A DNA stretch of 21,356 bases from Candidatus Anstonellales archaeon (lineage in GTDB: Archaea > Micrarchaeota > Micrarchaeia > Anstonellales > J096), in NCBI GenBank assembly GCA_038740615.1, contig JAVYLQ010000006.1, positions 1-21,356 of the forward strand, written 5' to 3'. Positions within the stretch are counted from its first letter, which is position 1, and each line of letters starts with the position of its first letter. The position numbers were made by a program, and so were the translations under genes. Positions 1 through 7,270 of this stretch are shown in pieces. The notes under the pieces were generated by a model. It had not been told where the DNA came from, ran no database searches, and worked only from the letters and a program-made list of their open reading frames with translations.

Positions 1-65
1 TGTTTAAAAATTTACAACTTCAGGTGGATCATTAACATAAAACTGATCATATCACTGTAATGACA

Positions 66-151
66 TGCAGGGGGTGGGATTTGAACCCACGAACCCACAA
101 CGGGACAGACCCCTCAAGCCTGCGCCTTTGACCAGACTTGGCTACCCCTGC
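66..151 (-). tRNA. tRNA-Leu(GAG), intronless, CCA not encoded
   Basis: The reverse complement folds as a cloverleaf: acceptor GCAGGGG/CCCCTGC plus A73, D-arm GCC..GGC, anticodon stem CAGGC/GTCTG with loop TTGAGGG, long variable arm, T-arm GTGGG-TTCAAAT-CCCAC. Confidence 0.97.
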
Positions 152-177
152 TCCAGTTAAATAATTTAGGTGAACAA

Positions 178-193
178 TTTAAATATATTTAAA
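178..193. promoter_or_regulatory. Bidirectional TATA box for tRNA-Leu and mevalonate kinase
   Basis: Perfect 16-bp palindrome TTTAAATATATTTAAA gives TTTAAATA on both strands. The plus-strand box ends about 22 bp before ATG 208. Confidence 0.7.
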
Positions 194-207
194 GATCTAT
201 TTTGAGT

Positions 208-1056
208 ATGGGCTACGGCAAATCAAATGGTAAAGTTATCCTATTTGGTGAACACTTTGTAGTATATGGATTACCAGCAATAGTTATTCCAATTGATAGA
301 TATGTGGAAGTACATCTGAAGAAAGGAGAACAATCTAGGAATCCTGATCATATAAATTCAATGTTAGATATACTAAAGAGGGAATTGGATATTAAGGAAT
401 CTTTTCAGATAATAGAGATTAGATCAAACTTACCCGTATCCGCTGGATTAGGTTCTTCTGCAGCACTAAGTGTAGCTCTGACAAAAGCAGTAGCCGATGA
501 ATTGTCTCTGGAGCTAAGTAATGAGAAGATATTTGAACTATCATGGAATTTAGAGAATCTATTTCATAAAAACAGTTCTGGAGTAGATGTATACGTTTCC
601 CTCTATAACAGACCTGTTTTATATAGGAAATCCCATCAGAGAACTATTATAGATGAGGTATCTTTGAATATAGATGCAAAATTGGGTATAAAAATTTTAA
701 GGAGAAATCAGAGTACTGGAGATATAGTAAATGATGTAAGAGAGTATTCAATCAAATATCCAGCTATATTTGAGAATCTAAAAGCTGCCTACAGAGAATT
801 ATTTAATGAAGCAATAATTGCTCTATCTTCAGGGGATATTATGAAACTAGCTGAGCTCATGAACATAAATCAATCTTTACTCAGAGCTATAGGAGTATCA
901 AATGAAGAAGTAGATAGAACAATATCAGATATGATATCTAGAGGAATTCTTGGAGCTAAGATAAGTGGGGCAGGTAGAGGAGGTGCTGTAATAGGATTAT
1001 ATAAGAGTTCTGATTATGAATTTGATATTCATATCAAGTTAAGATCTGTAAAATAG
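208..1056 (+). CDS. mvk: Mevalonate kinase (GHMP kinase family)
   Basis: Motifs GKVILFGEHFVVYG, LPVSAGLGSSAA (GHMP ATP loop), SSGVD and AKISGAGRGG. ATG 208 preferred over TTG 202 from TATA spacing. Confidence 0.88.
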   Translation: MGYGKSNGKVILFGEHFVVYGLPAIVIPIDRYVEVHLKKGEQSRNPDHINSMLDILKRELDIKESFQIIEIRSNLPVSAGLGSSAALSVALTKAVADELSLELSNEKIFELSWNLENLFHKNSSGVDVYVSLYNRPVLYRKSHQRTIIDEVSLNIDAKLGIKILRRNQSTGDIVNDVREYSIKYPAIFENLKAAYRELFNEAIIALSSGDIMKLAELMNINQSLLRAIGVSNEEVDRTISDMISRGILGAKISGAGRGGAVIGLYKSSDYEFDIHIKLRSVK

Positions 1057-1388
1057 AATGAATCCAAAGATAGTTTAGGATATTTACCATCAATCACTAT
1101 ATCTCTGTATTCATAGAATCTAAAATTTCCTCGTGTATATACTGCTATAATAACCTTGAATCCTTCCTGATAGAACTGGGACATAGACTTATACTGTTCC
1201 TCTCTAAAATAGATAACATCTTTCTTGGTTGTTTTAACTTCTATAACTACAGCTCTACCACCTTTCATAGCAATCAGATCAGGAGTATCATATCCAGATC
1301 CCGCTGCTCTTATCACTAGAAATCCATTCTGTTTAAGAATATCTCTTAACTTTCTCTCAACCCTTATCCCCCGATAGATGTTTTTCAT
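1029..1388 (-). CDS. hjc: Archaeal Holliday junction resolvase
   Basis: GIRVERKL..GFLVIRAAGSG..PDLIA..VIEVK, the Hjc-type PD-(D/E)XK nuclease pattern. Start placed at ATG 1388 (MKNIYRG). Confidence 0.9.
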   Translation of the reverse strand: MKNIYRGIRVERKLRDILKQNGFLVIRAAGSGYDTPDLIAMKGGRAVVIEVKTTKKDVIYFREEQYKSMSQFYQEGFKVIIAVYTRGNFRFYEYRDIVIDGKYPKLSLDSFYFTDLNLI

Positions 1389-1710
1389 AGTTATTAACCC
1401 GTTTATAGATTTCAAAAAACAGATGTGAGAGCAATGATTGGGCTATTCTAAACAGAGCTAGATACAAGAATAGAGTAGTTGCAAATACAAGAGATAGGAG
1501 AAAAAGTATAATTGCTTCTATAAATCCACTCTTAGAACTCTCTGCTTGTAGATCTAAATATTTCTGAATATTAAATAGTTGGAATATGAGGAGTATATTG
1601 TAAATCGATAGAGCTAATATGAATATAATTAATCTATCTGAACTAGAACTAAAGAGTAATACTAGGAATAGCAATGTATATGAAGTATTATTTAGTGTAG
1701 TCACCATCAT
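1357..1710 (-). CDS. Hypothetical integral membrane protein (about 3 TM segments)
   Basis: 117 aa with long hydrophobic stretches; fills the gap between nmd3 and hjc and overlaps both. Confidence 0.6.
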   Translation of the reverse strand: MMVTTLNNTSYTLLFLVLLFSSSSDRLIIFILALSIYNILLIFQLFNIQKYLDLQAESSKSGFIEAIILFLLSLVFATTLFLYLALFRIAQSLLSHLFFEIYKRVNNYEKHLSGDKG

Positions 1711-2293
1711 CTCTAATCAGTATTGTTAATCTATATTTCCGCTTCCCTTGAATCTGTGTATGAAGTTTTCTAGATAATTTATATTCTAATCCCAATTCTC
1801 TAACCGTCTCTAATGCTTTCTTTGATGAGAAAAATCTTATATCTATACCCTCACGAACAGATTTTACTGAGTATGGATTTTCAGATTTGTCAAACTTACT
1901 AGTTATTACCTTGAGCAATCTCTTAGCACCAGCCCCTCTCAGCTGGATTTCCCCTTCGTAATAACCCCCAGCTATTCTAGAACATACTGGACATAAAACC
2001 TCTTCATAATCTATTTCTAGAGGGAATTCAAAATCAATATTATTTTTAGTAACAATAGCCATATTCTCTTGAATATCCACTCTTGCATCATCAAAGTGTC
2101 TTATCAGCTTTTGCTCTATATAATTCTCTAGGGATTTTAAATCAGATTTCCAGTCTAATCCTATTTTGATCTTACCACAGCTAGAGCATATTTTAAAAGT
2201 ATATTTGAAAAGTTCTCTATCTATCTGATCCTTATAGCAATCTCTACAATATACGTCTATTTCAGCTCTCTTGCCACATCTTATACAGAACAT
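1688..2293 (-). CDS. nmd3: NMD3-family ribosome biogenesis protein (short form)
   Basis: MFCIRCG, CRDC, CSSCG and CPVCSRIAGGYYEGEIQLRG: four CxxC pairs plus the GYYEx(I)QLR NMD3 signature. Confidence 0.88.
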   Translation of the reverse strand: MFCIRCGKRAEIDVYCRDCYKDQIDRELFKYTFKICSSCGKIKIGLDWKSDLKSLENYIEQKLIRHFDDARVDIQENMAIVTKNNIDFEFPLEIDYEEVLCPVCSRIAGGYYEGEIQLRGAGAKRLLKVITSKFDKSENPYSVKSVREGIDIRFFSSKKALETVRELGLEYKLSRKLHTQIQGKRKYRLTILIRDDGDYTK

Positions 2294-2294
2294 T

Positions 2295-3227
2295 CTAATC
2301 AGTTACACCTGCGGAGGTGATTCTGAACACCACTTCTCGCTCTGGTAAGTTAGGAGAATCCACCAATCGTGCGATTCTTTTCTCATCTTTACCCTTTCTT
2401 ACATAAACTCTGTATGTAGCTGCATGAGCTAGTACATTCCCACCAATAGGAATTGTTGAATCTCCGAACATCATACCTGGATTTTCCATAACCTGATTAG
2501 TGAAGTATACTGCCAAGTTGTATTTTTCTGCATATCTTTGCAGATTGTGAATGTGCCTATTCAATTTTTGCTGTCTATCACTCAAACTACCCCTACCTAT
2601 AAAATCCGCTCTGAAATGTGAAGTTAGAGAATCTACCACTATCAGTTTTATATTCTCATCCTTAAGCATATATTCCAATTTCTCCACCGCTAGAATCTGC
2701 TCTTCACTATTTTGAGGTTTTATAACAAATATATTCTTTAACACCTCATCAGGATCCAATCCTTTACTCTTTGCCATTTCTGCAATCCTATCCGGTCTAA
2801 ATGTAGATTCTGTATCTATGAAAACAACTTTTCCTTCTAATCCTCCCTTATCCTTAGGTAATTGTACGTTTACAGATAGTTGAAAACCTACTTGACTTTT
2901 ACCGCTTGAGAATTTTCCATAGAATTCAACTATAGATTGCGTCTCCACACCTCCTCCCAAGAGTTCATTTAATTTCTGAGAGCCTGTGGTTATCTTCCCT
3001 ATATTTTGTCTGGTTTTGTACAATTCATACCCAGATATAACATCTATCTTAATTTCTTCTTTAGCTTGCTCTACAATACTTTTGCAGAGTTCTATAGGTA
3101 ATCCCGTATTCTCTGCAATCTCATATGGAGAACTAGTAGCTATGATCTCCACATTTTCATATCCAGCCTCTCTTAGCTTCTGAGCTGTAGCAGGCCCTAC
3201 TCCTTTTAGATCCTCTAATTCTTTCAT
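2295..3227 (-). CDS. radA: DNA repair and recombination protein RadA
   Basis: N-terminal HhH (LEDLKGVGPATAQKL), Walker A GKFSSGKS, FIDTESTFRPDRI, Walker B LIVVDS, RQQKLNRH, IGGNVLAH, RIARLVDSP. SD GGTGA at 3234-3238. No intein. Confidence 0.97.
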   Translation of the reverse strand: MKELEDLKGVGPATAQKLREAGYENVEIIATSSPYEIAENTGLPIELCKSIVEQAKEEIKIDVISGYELYKTRQNIGKITTGSQKLNELLGGGVETQSIVEFYGKFSSGKSQVGFQLSVNVQLPKDKGGLEGKVVFIDTESTFRPDRIAEMAKSKGLDPDEVLKNIFVIKPQNSEEQILAVEKLEYMLKDENIKLIVVDSLTSHFRADFIGRGSLSDRQQKLNRHIHNLQRYAEKYNLAVYFTNQVMENPGMMFGDSTIPIGGNVLAHAATYRVYVRKGKDEKRIARLVDSPNLPEREVVFRITSAGVTD

Positions 3228-3237
3228 TGTATATCAC

Positions 3238-3501
3238 CTAATCGTTCTTAAATACAAACAGTTTTAACTTACCTATCTTCATTATGTAAAAACTACCACC
3301 CTCTTTCTTTTGATGTAACCACATAGCACCAACTTCTGCAAACTTTGATTTTCCATCTTTATCGACTATTAGTTGCAATACTCTATAGTCTGGCCTACCA
3401 CGCTTTGGCTCTAATTTCTCCAGATTCTTATCTATAGATACACTCTCTTCTGGTTCGATCTCTTGTATAATGATTTCATCTTTTTCCTGATCGTCATCCA
3501 T
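3238..3501 (-). CDS. Hypothetical protein: acidic N-terminus plus DUF736-like beta domain
   Basis: RPDYRV..EVGAMW..KEGGSFY resembles the DUF736 pattern as I recall it. SD GGTGA (3507-3511) precedes ATG 3501. Its stop codon overlaps the radA SD. Confidence 0.65.
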   Translation of the reverse strand: MDDDQEKDEIIIQEIEPEESVSIDKNLEKLEPKRGRPDYRVLQLIVDKDGKSKFAEVGAMWLHQKKEGGSFYIMKIGKLKLFVFKND

Positions 3502-3609
3502 ACCTATCACCTATACATTAGTGTATACACTAATATATATAACCCAAAACCTTTTTAAAACATAACACCCAAACATTACTTTAGAATATTATCATCATCT
3601 GAAATGTTG

Positions 3610-3648
3610 GAGAAAAAATAAATAAGAATAGAAAATTTAATTAGAAAG
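3610..3648 (-). terminator. T-rich terminator after the small basic protein gene
   Basis: Minus strand reads CTTTCTAATTAAATTTTCTATTCTTATTTATTTTTTCTC directly after the stop codon. Confidence 0.5.
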
Positions 3649-3888
3649 TTATGCTTTCTTCCTTCCTCTGTTAGCCTTAGTTCTCTCTACAAATCCACTC
3701 TTACCCACATAGTAGAGGTATCCCTTTTCTCTCTTTATAACCTCTTTTGTTACTGGTTCTGGCTTTGTGTCTTTTACCTTGCCTCTCATATACTTCATAG
3801 GTACTCTGTATACTCTTCCGTCCTTACCTACATAGTACAGATATCCTTTCTCTTTCTTCACTTGTTCTGTACCTACCTTCTCCCCCAT
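3649..3888 (-). CDS. Small Lys/Arg-rich protein with internal duplication (candidate nucleic-acid-binding protein)
   Basis: 79 aa from ATG 3888 with SD GGTGA at 3893-3897. EKGYLYYVGK occurs twice (3823-3852 and 3700-3729) with synonymous differences only. Confidence 0.8.
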   Translation of the reverse strand: MGEKVGTEQVKKEKGYLYYVGKDGRVYRVPMKYMRGKVKDTKPEPVTKEVIKREKGYLYYVGKSGFVERTKANRGRKKA

Positions 3889-3923
3889 TCTCTCACCAAT
3901 TAATATATACACAAATTCTGTTT

Positions 3924-4529
3924 TTAAATCTTTCTATTTGGAGCCCCTGTGTATACCATTATTAACTCATTAACTAGTTTACCATAATGAAATCTTTCCT
4001 TTTTTAGCTCAATCAGCTTTTTGAATCCTAATCTTCTATATAGCTTTATTGCATCTCTATTCTCAGCACTCACATATAGATATAGATTTAGATAACCTAA
4101 CTTTCTTGCCTCTTTTATAGCGATTTGAAACATTTCTTTGGCTAACCCCTTACCTCGATACTCAGGTCTAACGCTAACACTAAATTCACATCTGTGCTGG
4201 AATGGGAAATGATCAGGTATGAGTTCTAGAACTCCGGCTATCTTATCCCTTTTCATATCTATAGCAATTAATATGAATGCTCTTCCCTCTTTTAATCTCT
4301 GCAATTTAGAGTACATCCATTCTAGTTCATCCTTAGAGTTTACTCTCTTTTGCACAGTTATGTAAGCCTGTTCATCTACGAATTCATTAATATATTCAGC
4401 CCAATCCTGAGGGGAGAACTTAGTTAGAACAGATCCATCCTGATCTAAATAGATAGCTATATCATCGATAATCCTCTCAGGTTCGATACTCTCTTGCTCA
4501 AGAAGTTTAGAAAGTTTTACTCCAGACAT
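3924..4529 (-). CDS. GNAT-family N-acetyltransferase
   Basis: Acetyl-CoA motif VRPEYRGKGLAKEM and C-terminal VSAENRDAIKLYRRLGF. Alternative TTG start at 4541. Confidence 0.88.
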   Translation of the reverse strand: MSGVKLSKLLEQESIEPERIIDDIAIYLDQDGSVLTKFSPQDWAEYINEFVDEQAYITVQKRVNSKDELEWMYSKLQRLKEGRAFILIAIDMKRDKIAGVLELIPDHFPFQHRCEFSVSVRPEYRGKGLAKEMFQIAIKEARKLGYLNLYLYVSAENRDAIKLYRRLGFKKLIELKKERFHYGKLVNELIMVYTGAPNRKI

Positions 4530-4575
4530 AATCACACCCAAAATATGATCTAATTATATTATAAGAAACAAAGGT

Positions 4576-6018
4576 TTAAAAATCGATATCTTTTAAGTAT
4601 CTCTTTCTACCATTCACCTTCCAGTATCTATCTACCATATTCCGTAAATCTGTATAATTCGATCTTAGCTTACTATCAGCTAGCTTGAATCTAACAAATA
4701 GAGGATATTTCAATAATCCAGATACTATTGCTTCTCCAGGTAAGAGATTTGGGATAGACGAGATATCATCTTCTGTTAATTGTTCGCTAACTGATTTGAC
4801 ATACTCTAAATCATATGGATTAACTATTCTCAAAAATATCTGTACATTCAGCTGAGCCATAATGGTTTGATTCAGATAATAAGGTCTTTGAGATATTATT
4901 CCCAAACACAATCCAAATTTTCTCCCCTCTCTAGCTATCCTAGTTAAGATAAGTTGGCTCAATCTACTCTCTGTGTTTGTTTCATTTGAAGCTAGTAAAT
5001 GAGCCTCCTCAACAATAACCAGTACAGGAGGGATCTCACCTCTCTTTCTGCGTTCAAATAGCTCTTTCAATAATACATAGGCTTTGGTTGATAATATCCT
5101 ATCATTAGTTGAATCTGAAAAATCTATTATCAGAGACTTACCATATTTCAACATTCCTATTTTTTCCTCTAAACCAATCTCTCCAAATATATCCATATTT
5201 CTGATATGCAGAATTTTCCTTATCAGAGCATTCACAGATCGCTTTTCATCATCCTTAGATCTAAGAACACTCAGCAGGTTATCTATAGACGGAGAATCTA
5301 ATCTAGAGATGGCACTATCCAGGATATAGAATTGTGTCTCTGATAGATCTTCTATAAGAGATGATATCACATCTGTGTTTATATATTCTCCACTTAGTTT
5401 GATATCCCCAGATTTAATAGATACAAATCTATCAGGATATATCTGACTGAAGTTGTAGTATTCGTTGTGTATATCAAAAACCACGATTGGCAAATCTATT
5501 CCTCTCTGTGTGAATTCCTGCAATAGTATAGTTACCATATTACTCTTACCAGCTCCACTCATAGCCAACACTCCAAAATGTTTCTCAACCAATCTATACG
5601 GATCAAAATAGAATTCCTGCTCATAAGGCAAAACATATCCTATGGAGATAGATTGATCACTCTCTTCCAATCCAAATAATCTTTTGAGTTCATTCCAATC
5701 AACTACCCTAACAGTATCACCTGGTTTTGGTGGAGAATTCACTCTATCAATTCGATTATCTTTTACATATCCATAGATTTTCACACGAGCAATACTATAA
5801 TTTTCTCTCTGAGGTGCAACATGTTTCAGTATTTCATCATAATATATAAGCACATCTTGGTCCATGAGCAAATTGTTCATATTAGCTATATTAACCACTC
5901 TTCCAAAAATCCCACTATCAGTAATTACAAATACATTATTATCTAACTTGGCATCTTTACTGACAAGAAAGGAATATCCTTGAATATCTGATTGGGATAT
6001 AACAAAACCTACTTCCAT
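4576..6018 (-). CDS. herA: HerA/FtsK-family ATPase (HAS barrel plus DUF87 helicase domain)
   Basis: KHFGVLAMSGAGKS (Walker A), VVFDIHNEY, VLVIVEEAH (Walker B), IAREGRKFG, ISQRP, NLLPGEAIV. Confidence 0.85.
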   Translation of the reverse strand: MEVGFVISQSDIQGYSFLVSKDAKLDNNVFVITDSGIFGRVVNIANMNNLLMDQDVLIYYDEILKHVAPQRENYSIARVKIYGYVKDNRIDRVNSPPKPGDTVRVVDWNELKRLFGLEESDQSISIGYVLPYEQEFYFDPYRLVEKHFGVLAMSGAGKSNMVTILLQEFTQRGIDLPIVVFDIHNEYYNFSQIYPDRFVSIKSGDIKLSGEYINTDVISSLIEDLSETQFYILDSAISRLDSPSIDNLLSVLRSKDDEKRSVNALIRKILHIRNMDIFGEIGLEEKIGMLKYGKSLIIDFSDSTNDRILSTKAYVLLKELFERRKRGEIPPVLVIVEEAHLLASNETNTESRLSQLILTRIAREGRKFGLCLGIISQRPYYLNQTIMAQLNVQIFLRIVNPYDLEYVKSVSEQLTEDDISSIPNLLPGEAIVSGLLKYPLFVRFKLADSKLRSNYTDLRNMVDRYWKVNGRKRYLKDIDF

Positions 6019-6749
6019 TCTTTCTTCACTGCAGCAAACTTCTCAGGCATCTCTCCCTTCTCCAACACAGTACCTATCTGTACTCCATCAGCACCAGCTC
6101 TATAAATCTCCCTAAGTTGCTCCGGAGATTTTACTCCTCCTGCAATTATTTTCAGTATGTTGGATGTATTTTTGGAAATCTCCGATATCCCTTCTAGTGG
6201 CACATGTCTATCTGCATTACTTCCCACATCAGCTAAAAATAATCTAAAGCCTAGTGTCTCCGCCAGAGCTGCAAATCCCCCTAGTAGCTTGGGTTTATTC
6301 TGAGGAATTAAATCCACATCACCGACCCAACCAACTGTACCTCCTGGTTCAACGACAACATATGCTGTAGGTATGACTTGTATCTTAAGTTTCTTAACTA
6401 TTGGTAGAGCTAGTAGCTGAACTCTAGTTATCCAATAGGGGTTCCTAGAATTCAAGAGACTCATAAAATATATTCCATCAGCGTATTTGGTTATGGTTGC
6501 CAGATTACCTGGAAATAGAACTACAGGAATATCTACTCTCTCTTTGATCATCTTAACTGTATAATCCAGCAATTCACCCTGTACACCTATAGAACCCCCT
6601 ACCAGAATCATATCAAATCCAGCCTCATAAGCTCTAATCCCAACCCTTACAGCAGAATCTATGCTATCATAATCCAGTGGATCAATAACCGCAAACAGCA
6701 TCTTTTCCCCAGAATCTCTCTTCTCATATAAATATTTAACAACATCCAT
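6009..6749 (-). CDS. Geranylgeranylglyceryl phosphate synthase (GGGPS/PcrB family)
   Basis: AVIDP, ILVGGSIG, PVVLFPGN, ADGIYFMSLLNSRNPYWI, TAYVVVEPGGTVGWVG, IAGGVKS, GADGVQIGT. Confidence 0.93.
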   Translation of the reverse strand: MDVVKYLYEKRDSGEKMLFAVIDPLDYDSIDSAVRVGIRAYEAGFDMILVGGSIGVQGELLDYTVKMIKERVDIPVVLFPGNLATITKYADGIYFMSLLNSRNPYWITRVQLLALPIVKKLKIQVIPTAYVVVEPGGTVGWVGDVDLIPQNKPKLLGGFAALAETLGFRLFLADVGSNADRHVPLEGISEISKNTSNILKIIAGGVKSPEQLREIYRAGADGVQIGTVLEKGEMPEKFAAVKKEWK

Positions 6750-6760
6750 ACAGCTCTAAA

Positions 6761-6786
6761 ATACATAAATATTTTTAAATATGTAT
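6761..6786. promoter_or_regulatory. Overlapping divergent TATA boxes (GGGPS and rpl11) inside an inverted repeat
   Basis: TTTAAATA at 6774-6781 (+) about 21 bp before rpl11 ATG; TTTAAAAA at 6779-6772 (-) about 22 bp before GGGPS ATG. Flanked by ATACATA and TATGTAT. Confidence 0.6.
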
Positions 6787-6802
6787 AAGCATCTAAAAGA
6801 GC

Positions 6803-7270
6803 ATGGCTAGAAAAGAAATCAGAGCTCTTGTTGATGGAGGAGCTGCTAAACCAACACCTCCTTTAGGACCTGCATTGAGTGCTGCAAAGCTACCTGTACA
6901 GAAGATAATAGATGAGATAAATAAGAAAACCTCTTTCTTCAAAGGTATTAAAGTTCCTGTTATAATATACTATGAAGGTCAAAACTATGAAATAGAAGTG
7001 GGAATACCTCCAACCACAGAGTTGATAAAGAAAGAGGCTGGAGTGGAGAAAGGTGCTGGTAAACACGATACCCCTGTAGGTAATATATCTATGCAAAAAC
7101 TAATAGAATTAGCTAAGAGTAGTATTGATAAATCTAATACAAACAGTGTAAGAAATAGAGTAAAGGAACTTGTAGGCACATGTCTGAGCATGGGGATAAC
7201 TATTGATGGGAAGAACCCTAAAGATATTATGAAACAGATCGATCAGATGGAAGATGCTCATTTTAGCTAG
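6803..7270 (+). CDS. rpl11: 50S ribosomal protein uL11
   Basis: LVDGGAAKPTPPLGPAL, INKKT..FKGIKVPV, EVGIPPTTELIKKE, ELVGTCLSMGITIDGKNPK. Confidence 0.96.
   Translation: MARKEIRALVDGGAAKPTPPLGPALSAAKLPVQKIIDEINKKTSFFKGIKVPVIIYYEGQNYEIEVGIPPTTELIKKEAGVEKGAGKHDTPVGNISMQKLIELAKSSIDKSNTNSVRNRVKELVGTCLSMGITIDGKNPKDIMKQIDQMEDAHFS

Noticed and set aside
1..151. tRNA-Leu as an integration site, or an intron-containing or split tRNA
   Set aside because: The cloverleaf is complete. I saw no duplicated 3' end or integrase, though sequence left of the window is not visible.
3649..3888. Naming the basic repeat protein CC1, Cren7, MC1 or a ribosomal protein
   Set aside because: I cannot match it to those families from recognisable motifs.
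4576..6018. HerA as part of an anti-phage system (Sir2-HerA type)
   Set aside because: No Sir2 or nuclease effector neighbour, and the context is housekeeping.
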